Origin: a virus
Lineage: Duplodnaviria > Caudoviricetes
Reading direction: 5' to 3' (one strand)
IMG/VR virus record: IMGVR_UViG_3300017989_000015
Coordinates: 1-60,167 of that record
DNA length: 60,167 bases
The translations under genes and the position numbers were made by a program. Positions 18,274 through 27,168 of this stretch are shown piece after piece (position 1 is the stretch's first letter; every line of letters begins with the position of its first letter). The notes under the pieces were generated by a model that saw nothing but the letters and a program-made list of their open reading frames with translations, did not search any database and had not been told where the DNA came from.

Positions 18274-18517
18274 TGTCCCTCAGCCACTGCTCGTGGGCCA
18301 TCATTCTCAGCTCGAAACGGCGCTCGATCACACAGTCGCACTCGGCCTCTTCCTCATCAGGGCGGTCCGAGCCACTGTATACGAGGCCCGTTCCATGGCA
18401 TTTCTGGCATCGTGAGGAGGGTCGGACCTTGCCGACCACTCCCAGCTCGTTGCGAGGTACCCAGACGGTTCGGTCCCGATCATAGGCATCCATAATCTCG
18501 ATCATGCCGTGCTTCAT
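18218..18517 (-). CDS. Zinc-finger protein (CxxCxGxG)
   Basis: CQKCHGTG...CDC; AAGGAGG Shine-Dalgarno. Confidence 0.55.
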   Translation of the reverse strand: MKHGMIEIMDAYDRDRTVWVPRNELGVVGKVRPSSRCQKCHGTGLVYSGSDRPDEEEAECDCVIERRFELRMMAHEQWLRDNARPADSGKAQARRRIRR

Positions 18518-18540
18518 TCTGCTCCTCCTTAGATATGATA

Positions 18541-18557
18541 GGGGCCTTGCGGCCCCC
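18541..18557 (-). repeat. GCAA-tetraloop hairpin repeat (copy 1 of 3)
   Basis: GGGGCC-GCAA-GGCCCC on minus; same element at 33474-33491 and 33726-33743. Confidence 0.8.
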
Positions 18558-18573
18558 GTGTCTATCTCCGCTA

Positions 18574-18906
18574 CTAGCAGCTTGCATCATCGTAACAGTT
18601 TACACAACAGCGCCCCATTGATGCCGACATCAGCGAGTTTCTTTGTACCCATAACCCGCAATGCGGGCATTGTACCGAATCGTCTGCCGAATCCCACGCC
18701 GCCTCTGCCTCTTCCCGTAACCTGGTTTCTATCGCTTTGATTCGCTTTTTCAACGGCCATAAAACTTTGTATATCCGAGCGCACTCTTCACGGCTACACC
18801 CGGCCACTCCCGGGTCATAATATTGAATCGAATACGCCATCTCCATCAGCTCGCTGTCCGAAATCGTAACTTCTTCCTGACTGTCCAATAATTCTCTGAA
18901 TTTCAT
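18574..18906 (-). CDS. Hypothetical zinc-finger protein
   Basis: Start MKFRELL after GAGGAGG; CPHC...CVNC. Confidence 0.55.
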   Translation of the reverse strand: MKFRELLDSQEEVTISDSELMEMAYSIQYYDPGVAGCSREECARIYKVLWPLKKRIKAIETRLREEAEAAWDSADDSVQCPHCGLWVQRNSLMSASMGRCCVNCYDDASC

Positions 18907-18926
18907 TGTGTCCTCCTCGTGTGTGC

Positions 18927-19151
18927 CTATTCTACCCAAAACCACTTGTCGCCGACCTTGGCGGAAAAAACGTTGTAGGTATAGACCGTGCCGGCTCTTG
19001 CTTGCGGATGGTATGAACAATTTACCCCGAATGTGTTGGGATCGTATCGGTTGGGCATTTCTACGATCTCGCCGATGCCCTCCACGTCTGCCTTGAATTG
19101 TACCAACATGCCGATTCTCAGTTCTGCTTTTGTGATCGTGTTAGCGTTCAT
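18927..19151 (-). CDS. Small early protein
   Basis: First gene after the promoter at 19193-19221. Confidence 0.55.
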   Translation of the reverse strand: MNANTITKAELRIGMLVQFKADVEGIGEIVEMPNRYDPNTFGVNCSYHPQARAGTVYTYNVFSAKVGDKWFWVE

Positions 19152-19192
19152 TTGGATACTCCCTCTTGTCTCTCTCCCTCAACTCTATGGAC

Positions 19193-19221
19193 ATTATAAC
19201 ACATGTTTGTCTATATGTCAA
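19193..19221 (-). promoter_or_regulatory. Consensus sigma70 early promoter (repeat copy 1 of 4)
   Basis: TTGACA-17 nt-TATAAT, followed by GTCCATAGAGTTGAG. Confidence 0.85.
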
Positions 19222-19343
19222 GAGGCAAATAGGACTTTTTTTGCATTACGCGGAGCTTCATATAAAGAAAGGTCTTCCCAGCTACCACTGCATCACCGAC
19301 TAGCATCATGACCCTCCTAGGGGAGCCGGAAGGCTCCCCTTAT

Positions 19344-20543
19344 CTATCGCGCCTCATCCAGTTTCTCGCCTATCGCGTCGAACGCGGCGTCAGAATCCTC
19401 GTACTTGGTCAGATCAACCAGCTTGATGAGTTCCTCCGGCGCCTCGTCATAGGTCATTCCCAGATTTGCTATCAGCACGTCCAATTGATCCTGGTCCTGT
19501 GACCAGTGAGAAGGAATCAGAGCCTCCTCTAGCGCAGCCTGCGCCTCGGCCATCGTCGCAAACTGAGTGGCGTCTATCGCAGAAGCTACCTGCTGCGTGG
19601 TGATCTTGTAGGCGATGCTTCCCTGCTTGAGATAGTCCGCCCACTGCGCTGCGTCCCGATGCCACGGCTTGTCCTTGTCCTGCTTTGGTTCTGCCTGCTT
19701 AGGTTCTGCTTTTGATTCCGCCTTCGTTTCTTCAGGCTTGTCCTCGTGCTGACTCATTACAACGTGATCGATAACCTCACTCTCGCTCCAGCCGAACCCC
19801 GGCAGATCTTCGAAGTCCACCGTGAAGAACGCGCCCACTGCTGTAGCCGATAAGATGCAGCTCACATAGGCTCTCTTTACGGCCATCTTCAAAATCGTGT
19901 TGACCTGAGAGGCCAGATCAGGATTGCTGATCCGGTACGCTCGGTCGGTAACGATGTACCCGACGTCCTGCTCATTCGGATTGAACCGATTCGGTGCGGT
20001 GTACTGCTTGGCCTTCCCTGCTGCGAGTGCCTCATGAAACATCCGCCAGTATTCTACGGGCTTGGCATACTTGCCCGTCGTCTCGGCCTTCTGGAGCTGC
20101 CAGGCTAGACAGCGATACTCGACCTCTCGATAAGGCAGATCTTCCGCCCTCTGTCCTGGCGGGATGTCTCCCTCACTCACCCAACGGTAACGGTAGTTGC
20201 CCTCCCAAGAATTGGCCGAGCCCAGGCCCTCACCCAGATGTTGCCCGTTGCGCGATGCCTTGCAGCGGACGCGATAGTAGAAGAAGCTCTCACCGTCATG
20301 ATCCTTGCCTGTCCAATCCTCCACCTTCTCTTCGATCTCAATCTCGACGCCTAGCCGGAACAGCATCGCCAACTTCTGCGCTCCGCTCTGGAGCAGAGAG
20401 GGCTTGCCAGACGTGCCTGGGATCGTCATGTAATCCACGCCCTCCATCATCGCCTTCTCATAGAACTGGGCAATCATGCCCAGTCGACGCTCCACGTTCG
20501 CCATCGTCATCAACTCATCTCGAACCATCAACTGATCTTCCAT
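19344..20543 (-). CDS. Putative single-strand annealing / recombination protein
   Basis: DYMTIPGTSGKPSLLQSGAQKL...GEGLGSANSWE...NTILKMAVKRAYV...FFTVDFED pattern. Confidence 0.55.
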   Translation of the reverse strand: MEDQLMVRDELMTMANVERRLGMIAQFYEKAMMEGVDYMTIPGTSGKPSLLQSGAQKLAMLFRLGVEIEIEEKVEDWTGKDHDGESFFYYRVRCKASRNGQHLGEGLGSANSWEGNYRYRWVSEGDIPPGQRAEDLPYREVEYRCLAWQLQKAETTGKYAKPVEYWRMFHEALAAGKAKQYTAPNRFNPNEQDVGYIVTDRAYRISNPDLASQVNTILKMAVKRAYVSCILSATAVGAFFTVDFEDLPGFGWSESEVIDHVVMSQHEDKPEETKAESKAEPKQAEPKQDKDKPWHRDAAQWADYLKQGSIAYKITTQQVASAIDATQFATMAEAQAALEEALIPSHWSQDQDQLDVLIANLGMTYDEAPEELIKLVDLTKYEDSDAAFDAIGEKLDEAR

Positions 20544-20544
20544 T

Positions 20545-20703
20545 CTAGTCTCCCTTGGTGATCTCTGTCACATAGATTCTCTGATTCGCCGCTCCTTGGA
20601 GCTTATCCACTGCCTCACGCATATTCTCGGCCTCTACCTCCTCTTCGCGTTTTGGCGTCTTGCCATCCTCAACGGTGTAATACTCGACCTTGAATCGCTT
20701 CAT
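20545..20703 (-). CDS. 52-aa hypothetical protein (not in the ORF track)
   Basis: MKRFKVEYYTVEDG...; ATGA overlap; fills the intergenic gap. Confidence 0.55.
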   Translation of the reverse strand: MKRFKVEYYTVEDGKTPKREEEVEAENMREAVDKLQGAANQRIYVTEITKGD

Positions 20704-21008
20704 TTGACCTCATCCATTGCCTGCTTGTAGGCACTGGCGTCCCTGATGAGAACGTGCAGATCCATATTCGAGACGCCCCACGTAATGATATGGGCGATGT
20801 TTGCCGCTACATCGATTGGATTCTCCTCACGCTCCATGTCCCGATCTATCTCCTCGATCATCGCGGCCAGACGATTTTTCACTCTCGTCACGTCGGCCTC
20901 GAAACGAGCCCCGAACCAGGCCGCTGCATAGGCCGTTGACGACGCCTCAACCTCTCTTCGCTCTGCTGCCTCTGAACTAAGAACCTTGAACTCTGCTGCT
21001 GATCTCAT
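20700..21008 (-). CDS. Small early protein
   Basis: Start MRSAAEF after GGAGG, downstream of a promoter. Confidence 0.55.
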   Translation of the reverse strand: MRSAAEFKVLSSEAAERREVEASSTAYAAAWFGARFEADVTRVKNRLAAMIEEIDRDMEREENPIDVAANIAHIITWGVSNMDLHVLIRDASAYKQAMDEVK

Positions 21009-21046
21009 TTCCGTCCTCCCTGTTTGATTCATTTGACTCTATGGAC

Positions 21047-21075
21047 ATTATAACATATGTTCAACGATATGTCAA
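21047..21075 (-). promoter_or_regulatory. Consensus sigma70 early promoter (copy 2 of 4)
   Basis: TTGACA-17 nt-TATAAT-GTCCATAGAG. Confidence 0.85.
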
Positions 21076-21512
21076 GAGGCAATTTCATAGCCAAGATGAA
21101 CCAGGCGCTCTTGGCTCAACTCGCCGTCAGTGTGCCGCTCGCCCTTGGTTAGCTCATAGGCGCAATAGTCGCAAAGTACCTCAGGATGTACATTCTTAGA
21201 TTCTGGGAATCGGCCATTGTCCCGAGGTATCCCGCACCGCTCGCATCGCAACGCCGGGTCCACCCTTGAATTGCGCAGTAAGCCCTCCTTCTTTCGGTCG
21301 CTGCGACGCCGATAGTCGAACGCCTCGAACGCCTCTCGATCCTCCCGACTCATGTGGGCGAGGGCATAGGCGCGCCCGTCCTTCGATGCCGCCGACCGAC
21401 TACGACCCTGCCTTTCACCGATCTCCACATACGAAAGCCCCTCTTCATAATGCAGCCGCCACGCCTCATACCGCAGATCGAGTCGTTCGCGTGTCCAGTA
21501 TGTCATCGTCAA
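21072..21512 (-). CDS. HTH (sigma70 region 4-like) plus zinc-finger protein, last gene of the type IV-like operon
   Basis: GLSYVEIGERQGRSRSAASK; CERC...CDYC; ATGA overlap with the csf3 stop. Confidence 0.65.
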   Translation of the reverse strand: MTMTYWTRERLDLRYEAWRLHYEEGLSYVEIGERQGRSRSAASKDGRAYALAHMSREDREAFEAFDYRRRSDRKKEGLLRNSRVDPALRCERCGIPRDNGRFPESKNVHPEVLCDYCAYELTKGERHTDGELSQERLVHLGYEIAS

Positions 21513-22267
21513 ACCGCCTCATACCAATCCACCTCAACCTGCGTTCCCACTCTCCATCCAGGCGCGAACAGCCCAGGCAGCCAATAGGGCGGCGTCCATC
21601 CCACGAGAGACGGATACCCCTGGGGCTGGTCTGCGTTCAATAACGAGGCCACGCAGCCCTCTGGGATTGTGCGCGCCAGGGCGAAGTTCTCAACCAATCG
21701 CCATTCCCGCTCATCCGGCTCGATCAGCCAGTGATCCACCGCCCCAAACCCTCTCGCCCGCTCTTTGCCCACCGCCCGCAGATACTCCAATAGCCGCCCA
21801 ACTTCAATCGCATTCCCCACACATCGAATTGTCCACCGATCCGCGATCTCTGTGGGAACGGGCACGCGCCGCTCCATGAATCGCCCATCAGATGGCGAGA
21901 TATTGAATCTCCCTTTCCGCCCTTTGACAAATCTGCCCGACGGATGCTTCTTGTGACGATAACTGACATCCTTGGTGCTCGCGCCTTCTGGATGCGCTGG
22001 GGTTGTGGCCCACAGAGGGAACCCTTCCGCGTCTCTCCACAAACACTGTAACGGCGTAGGCAATAAATATCCTTCCTCGCTCTGGGGGACGCCTTGCCCC
22101 AGCGTTAATTCATGTACCATGCACCAGGCCAGCACGCCGTCCAATAACAGCGGGTCATATCCCGCTATCTGCGCGCCCTGTCGCAATTTCAGCGTGATCT
22201 TTAGCGGCTGCTTTTCCATCGCCTCGTATTCCTGCCACCGTTTGTAGAATCCTGGTAATACAATCAC
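21509..22267 (-). CDS. csf3: Type IV CRISPR-associated Csf3 (Cas5-like RAMP)
   Basis: LLLDGVLAW, LWATTP, CVGNAIEVGRLL, G-rich loop VGKERARGFGAV and C-terminal PPYW. GTG start at 22267 overlaps the methyltransferase stop. Confidence 0.82.
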   Translation of the reverse strand: MIVLPGFYKRWQEYEAMEKQPLKITLKLRQGAQIAGYDPLLLDGVLAWCMVHELTLGQGVPQSEEGYLLPTPLQCLWRDAEGFPLWATTPAHPEGASTKDVSYRHKKHPSGRFVKGRKGRFNISPSDGRFMERRVPVPTEIADRWTIRCVGNAIEVGRLLEYLRAVGKERARGFGAVDHWLIEPDEREWRLVENFALARTIPEGCVASLLNADQPQGYPSLVGWTPPYWLPGLFAPGWRVGTQVEVDWYEAV

Positions 22268-22989
22268 AGCGTCTCCACTTCTGCGCCCATCCGCGTCATA
22301 CGATCCAATATATGCGCCACATAGCGTGGCTCTTTCTCGATCCCAATGCACGATCTTCCCAGTTGGTCGCAGGCCGCCAGCGTGGTACCGCTCCCTGCAA
22401 ACGGGTCAACGACGATCAGCTCCGGCGCAAAGCAGTCGCCAATCAACAGCCGAATCCAGTCCAATGGCTTCTCATGGCGATGCGCCCCCCTCTTGTGCAA
22501 TGCCGAGATCGACTCGCGATAAATCTCCGCAAGACGATTGCCGCGTGCCTTTGTGCCACGCAACTCTCGCTCCGCATAGCGCCGATCCGCTACCCCCGCA
22601 AAATCGCTCCCCTCTTTGCCATAAAAAGCGCCTATGGGATTAAACTGCAACACATCGCCATACCACAGCGCCAACTTGACCTGCATCAGTGGACGGCCCT
22701 CAGCATAGTGGCCACTCATACAGTCCCACACGAACAGCCATGTAGGCGCGCCGAATCGCTCAATCGTTCGGTACATGTACTGTGGATTGGTAAATGCCAG
22801 CACCGACGCATGGCCGCTCGCGTCCAGCCCCTGCGGAATGTGCCACGGCGGATCATACACCAGCGCAGATGGGCGAGTGGGAATCACCCCACTCGCCATC
22901 GCCTCGACGCAATCGCCGCAAATCAAGAGATGACGCCCGCGCCCGCGAATGCGCCACGTCTTTCCCGGCTTGACATGCCATCTATCCAT
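22264..22989 (-). CDS. DNA amino-methyltransferase (N6-A/N4-C, beta class)
   Basis: LICGDC, VYDPPW (motif IV), HEKPLDW, VVDPFAGSGTT (motif I) and GIEKEPRY. Confidence 0.88.
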   Translation of the reverse strand: MDRWHVKPGKTWRIRGRGRHLLICGDCVEAMASGVIPTRPSALVYDPPWHIPQGLDASGHASVLAFTNPQYMYRTIERFGAPTWLFVWDCMSGHYAEGRPLMQVKLALWYGDVLQFNPIGAFYGKEGSDFAGVADRRYAERELRGTKARGNRLAEIYRESISALHKRGAHRHEKPLDWIRLLIGDCFAPELIVVDPFAGSGTTLAACDQLGRSCIGIEKEPRYVAHILDRMTRMGAEVETL

Positions 22990-24407
22990 CAGAACCTCAG
23001 CTTGCCCGTACCCAACGTCCCGTCCACCAATCCCGCAACCAGCTCGTCGCGGTTGGCATCCAAATAGCTCTCATATTCGGTCTCGAACGCCTTGGCCTCC
23101 ACGTGGCGCGTCATCCACAGCGCCTCGTATCGACCATACCCTCTAGCGCCCTGGCCGCCTAATGTAGGCAACTGCTCTAGCGCGTATTGGGTCGCAGCCA
23201 GTAGCGCCCCATGCGTTCTCGCGTGCGTTTGGGGCAACACGTCCAGTTCGACATATACCTGCGCTCCTGTTTTGAGCGCCTCAAATCCCGTAATCATCTG
23301 CCCCAGACCCTGCTCCGTCGCTCTGCGCGTCAGGGTCACGTCGTCTAGCTGGTCAAACGCGCTCACCCCCGCCAGCGCCAATCCGTCTGGCAAAGCGGTG
23401 GCGTTCTCAGCGCATACCAGCCAGGCGCTCACCTGCAACCGGCTGTCTTGCAGAAAGAACGAGCCTACACACCCGCCCAGCAGATCGAGCAGCGGGTATC
23501 GATCCTTGATCTCGGCGGCCAACGCGAACGCATTAGACGGGGCTGCTCCCTCCAAATTGCCGCCATTGACAAACAGCGCCTCTACCATTGCCGGCAATTC
23601 CCCCTCGCCTGGCTTGGCCGCCAACAAACCCAGTCGATCCACCATGTGCATCCATCCGGGCTCTCGCACCAATGAATGGCGAATTGCGTTGCTGCTGATC
23701 GCCGGCACCTCGATCACCCTGGCAGAGCAATCGCTAGGGTCATCGTTCGCCCCAAACTCCATTTCGTGCATTGGCGTCACAAGCGCCATCTTTCCCACCG
23801 CCTGAGCGTACTCTTCGCTGGCTAGCTTTCGAATCTCTGCCCATCGCCGCGCAATAGGGATCACGCTATGCGATTGCGAAATCAAAACACGCAAGGCAGC
23901 CATCTGCGTTCCGCTAGGCACGGACAGCAAATCGAGCAGCTCCAGGTCGTGCTTCCCGCTATGCAACCCCACGTTGAGTAGTTTGCACAACCGGCTCCAG
24001 TAGGCGCGTAGCGTCTGGCTGGGAATCGCCGCCGTGCGCATCCTCGTCTCCAGGTAGCGATAGCGCTCCATCCCTGAGAACAGCCCCTCGCCGTCCTGGC
24101 CGCCGTGCATCTCGATGAACAATCGTGTTAGCGCGACTGCCACAAACTCCGGGAACGGCATGTCCTCAAATATCCCCACCAAATCAGCAGGGACAAGATG
24201 CGCCTGGGCAATGACCGCCATTTGATCACTGCTCGCAGTGGCTTTACTGCCCTCGCTGCGTATGATCTGCCCCTGCCGATTGAACAGCGATTGATTCGAC
24301 CCGTCCGCCGTCGCTGGGTCGTGGTGGCTGACCGGTTGCTGAAACGTCAACAGCAAGCTGTATCTCGCGCGCCTCGCCTCTACACGTAATACGTCACTCA
24401 TGATCAT
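22989..24407 (-). CDS. csf2: Type IV Csf2 (Cas7-like RAMP) with a large Cas11-like insertion
   Basis: LTFQQPVSHH...NQSLFNRQ, VPAISSNAIRH, LFVNGG, PLLDLLGG, QMITGFEAL and G-rich loop LGGQGARGYG. Confidence 0.82.
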   Translation of the reverse strand: MIMSDVLRVEARRARYSLLLTFQQPVSHHDPATADGSNQSLFNRQGQIIRSEGSKATASSDQMAVIAQAHLVPADLVGIFEDMPFPEFVAVALTRLFIEMHGGQDGEGLFSGMERYRYLETRMRTAAIPSQTLRAYWSRLCKLLNVGLHSGKHDLELLDLLSVPSGTQMAALRVLISQSHSVIPIARRWAEIRKLASEEYAQAVGKMALVTPMHEMEFGANDDPSDCSARVIEVPAISSNAIRHSLVREPGWMHMVDRLGLLAAKPGEGELPAMVEALFVNGGNLEGAAPSNAFALAAEIKDRYPLLDLLGGCVGSFFLQDSRLQVSAWLVCAENATALPDGLALAGVSAFDQLDDVTLTRRATEQGLGQMITGFEALKTGAQVYVELDVLPQTHARTHGALLAATQYALEQLPTLGGQGARGYGRYEALWMTRHVEAKAFETEYESYLDANRDELVAGLVDGTLGTGKLRF

Positions 24408-25153
24408 TCTCCCTTTCGCTGCGCAATCAGCAGCGCTACATCAAACCACGGCAATTGCCGTCCCGACACCAACGAATCATCTAGCCTCCGCGTTTCCGCC
24501 AGCCCCACCTCCGTTGCGATTCGGTAGTCGCTCATCAGGCTCTCCGAAATCGCTCTCTTTGTAAACCCCATCTCGTAAATGATCTCAATCGCCTGCAACC
24601 AAATCAATAGCGACGGCCAATCGCAATACACCGTTTGCGCCGCGCCGTTGGCGTACAAATACACGGGCGTCCTGCTTCCCAGCGGCCCCGTGGTCGCCAT
24701 CGGCCAGAGCCGCTTTTTCGGATCCGTTGTCAACAACATCGCCATCGTTTGCCCCGCCCGAGCAGGCCAAATCTCGCGCACGAGGTCGGACCAGCACGGC
24801 CTGGCTTGTTTCGCCGCCGATTCGCGGCTGATCAGCGGGTAATAATATGTCCCGTCCGCGAAAACCAGACATTGCCGTGACGTTGGCATCCCCTCACGCG
24901 GGTTGTTATTGCGAAAACAGATACCCTCGTTTTCGCTAATCCACCCGCCCGGGTTCCCGTGAAACTGCGTGAGAGGGTCTGATGTGGATTTGGTCGCAAA
25001 GTCAGCCGCGTGATACCCGTATGATAGCGACTGCCCGCTAATACAAGAGCGCGCCCCTTCTGGCGCATCTATCGGTCGCTCCTCTAATGGCCCCAGACCG
25101 AGGCCCTTGACCAACAAGTCTGCTACGGTTTCCATTCGCGTGTAATCCGCCAT
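24404..25153 (-). CDS. csf1: Type IV Csf1 (Cas8-like large subunit)
   Basis: 249 aa directly upstream of csf2; degenerate N-terminal zinc finger (SCISG); KKRLWP and GFTKRAI motifs. Confidence 0.68.
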   Translation of the reverse strand: MADYTRMETVADLLVKGLGLGPLEERPIDAPEGARSCISGQSLSYGYHAADFATKSTSDPLTQFHGNPGGWISENEGICFRNNNPREGMPTSRQCLVFADGTYYYPLISRESAAKQARPCWSDLVREIWPARAGQTMAMLLTTDPKKRLWPMATTGPLGSRTPVYLYANGAAQTVYCDWPSLLIWLQAIEIIYEMGFTKRAISESLMSDYRIATEVGLAETRRLDDSLVSGRQLPWFDVALLIAQRKGE

Positions 25154-25323
25154 CGATCCTCCTCTCGCGTAAACGGAACAAACAACGGGCTCCCTTGCAG
25201 TGCAGCAATATCGCGGTTAATCGTTCTGTGCGATACCCCACACCGCGCGGCGAGCTCCCTCGCCAAAAATCCACGCTCTCTGCATAAACGAATGATATAC
25301 AACAGCCGAAGGCCCTGGTTCAT
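25123..25323 (-). CDS. HTH_11-type DNA-binding protein (WYL-regulator-like HTH only)
   Basis: ARELAARCGVSHRTINRDIAAL; overlaps the csf1 start. Confidence 0.75.
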   Translation of the reverse strand: MNQGLRLLYIIRLCRERGFLARELAARCGVSHRTINRDIAALQGSPLFVPFTREEDRWRITREWKP

Positions 25324-25359
25324 CTTTTCTGCGCACCCCTTAGCGCGATTGGCCGCTGC

Positions 25360-25500
25360 TCACAGCCTCACCTTCCTCCGCACCTTCCCACATCGCCCGC
25401 ACACATCCTCGATCACCCACGCCCCCAGCGACGCGCACCAACCCGCCGGCCCACTCGCCCACACGTGCCGGCAAAACAAACGCCTCAACCACCGCAACAT
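25360..25500 (-). CDS. 46-aa zinc-ribbon protein (not in the ORF track)
   Basis: MLRWLRRLFCRHVW...CGRCGKVRRK; paralog of 13223-13366. Confidence 0.65.
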   Translation of the reverse strand: MLRWLRRLFCRHVWASGPAGWCASLGAWVIEDVCGRCGKVRRKVRL

Positions 25501-26006
25501 CACGCTCCCTTCAGCCGTCTGGCCGCCTCTCTGTAAGGTGCCCCTGGATCGCTCTCGAATCCCTCAATCCCGTGTTTTGCCGCCCACGCCTCGGCGCTGA
25601 TGTCAAAGTTCGGGTCACGCGCCGCATAGTAGAGAGGCCGTTTGGACAACTCCTCCTGGTACATCTGTTGCCAAAACATCGGGCATTGTTTTTCCAGCCG
25701 CTTTTCGAGCCTCTGCTTTCTGGCCTTTGCTTTCCGCTCGCGTGACCAGCTCTTCCTCGCATCTGGCCCGTTGTCATCATAGAGCGATGTATAGATCGTA
25801 TAGCCCCAGCGCGACCGACTGAGCTGCTCAAGATCGTCTGGATACCGCTTGTCGCTGCTGTGCCAGTCTGGCACCAGGCTCTCGGCCAGGACACGCGGCC
25901 AGCCCGCTGGCGGCTCGGTGTATGGAGAATGCCACGCCACGCGGTAGACGCAGATCATCTTCCCCTGATCCCCCGCTGCGCCGCGATCGCCACGTTCCTC
26001 AGCCAC
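25500..26006 (-). CDS. Hypothetical basic protein
   Basis: WSRERKAKARKQRLEKRLEK...PMF...EELSKRPLYY; the true start is probably MICVYR. Confidence 0.55.
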   Translation of the reverse strand: MAEERGDRGAAGDQGKMICVYRVAWHSPYTEPPAGWPRVLAESLVPDWHSSDKRYPDDLEQLSRSRWGYTIYTSLYDDNGPDARKSWSRERKAKARKQRLEKRLEKQCPMFWQQMYQEELSKRPLYYAARDPNFDISAEAWAAKHGIEGFESDPGAPYREAARRLKGA

Positions 26007-26320
26007 AGCGCGTCCCTGAGCGCATCCTCCAGGGTAAACTCGATGAACCCATGCACCCCATGTTCAGCGCATTCGCTCAGAAACGCCTCTTCCGATCCCT
26101 CGATCCGTCCCCCCTCGGCCTTGACCTCAACGAACGCGCCCACCGGCCCCATCCACACCAGCAGATCGCTGATCCCGCCGTGCACCCGTTTCTCCCGACG
26201 AACAAACGAGAACGTCGCCGCCGCCTTGCTCAGGTCCAACACCCAGAACCCGCAGCGCGACCAGACGTCGACGATCTCGGCCTGATTCGCGTCGGTGCGC
26301 GCGTCGTATCGTGGCGTCAT
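25955..26320 (-). CDS. VRR-NUC-like / resolvase-type nuclease
   Basis: RTDANQAEIV...GISDLLV...FVEVK PD-(D/E)xK pattern. Confidence 0.7.
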   Translation of the reverse strand: MTPRYDARTDANQAEIVDVWSRCGFWVLDLSKAAATFSFVRREKRVHGGISDLLVWMGPVGAFVEVKAEGGRIEGSEEAFLSECAEHGVHGFIEFTLEDALRDALWLRNVAIAAQRGIRGR

Positions 26321-26601
26321 CGCGCCGCCGCCCCCAACACCTCGCCCGTCTCGCGATCCACCAGGCTCACCGTATCGCCGGCCGGCGTCAGATCGAGCAA
26401 CCGGTACTGCACCAGTTGCACCGTCTCGTCCAACATCTCCTCCAGCTCTTCGCCGTACAGTTTCACCTGCTCCTTTGCCAATTGCTGTTCCTTGTACGCA
26501 TCCGTCTCTTTGAGGTCGCGCTTGGCCGCCACCAGCCGATCTAGGTCACTCATCGTCCTCTCCTGTCTCTTTGGAGCAGGCTGGGCAGACCAACGCATCA
26601 T
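26317..26601 (-). CDS. Hypothetical coiled-coil protein
   Basis: Ends VDRETGEVL, common in phage proteins. Confidence 0.5.
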   Translation of the reverse strand: MMRWSAQPAPKRQERTMSDLDRLVAAKRDLKETDAYKEQQLAKEQVKLYGEELEEMLDETVQLVQYRLLDLTPAGDTVSLVDRETGEVLGAAAR

Positions 26602-26742
26602 CTGCGCCTACCCACCCGCGTCGATGAAGCTCGTTTCGTGTGGCCGCGCCCAGCTCAATCAGTTCGTCTATATCGCCATCATCTACATAGACGAGTCTGG
26701 CTTTCCCGCAAGCGGCACAAAATGTAAACACAGCAAACCTAT

Positions 26743-27168
26743 TCATAATACCACCCCCATCGCCCGCAGCGTCGCCATGCAGACGGCGTGAGGAAAAGAA
26801 GGGACGCTTGCCCAGTCCCACTCGCATCCCCCCGTCCGAAAGTCACAATCAATCTGCCCATTGTCATGAGACAGATTGATTTCATACCCCTTCGCCCACA
26901 TCGCCTTCACAACATTCCAAGCCGCATCATCGTCGGTTGAGTAGTGGCAATCTCTATCGCAGTAGACCATCGGATCATAATAGTTACAATATCCCTGATA
27001 CGTCCGGCCACAATGAGGGCAATTCGTCTTGCCGCCGTTCCACGGAATAAACTTCCAGCCCATCACATGCTCTGCAATGAGCGCATCCATCTCTCTCCCT
27101 GGTTGCATTTTATCCTCCAATTCTACGTCGGGATGTACCTTCTTCTCTACCACTCCTGTATCGGCCAT
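26743..27168 (-). CDS. Phage ABA-sandwich/BC1872-like protein
   Basis: GREMDALIAEHVMGW...YSTDDDAAWNVV. Confidence 0.65.
   Translation of the reverse strand: MADTGVVEKKVHPDVELEDKMQPGREMDALIAEHVMGWKFIPWNGGKTNCPHCGRTYQGYCNYYDPMVYCDRDCHYSTDDDAAWNVVKAMWAKGYEINLSHDNGQIDCDFRTGGCEWDWASVPSFPHAVCMATLRAMGVVL

Noticed and set aside
25324-25500. G-rich stretch upstream of the csf operon as a guide-RNA array
   Set aside because: It is explained by a 46-aa ORF that has a paralog at 13223-13366, and it shows no regular periodicity.
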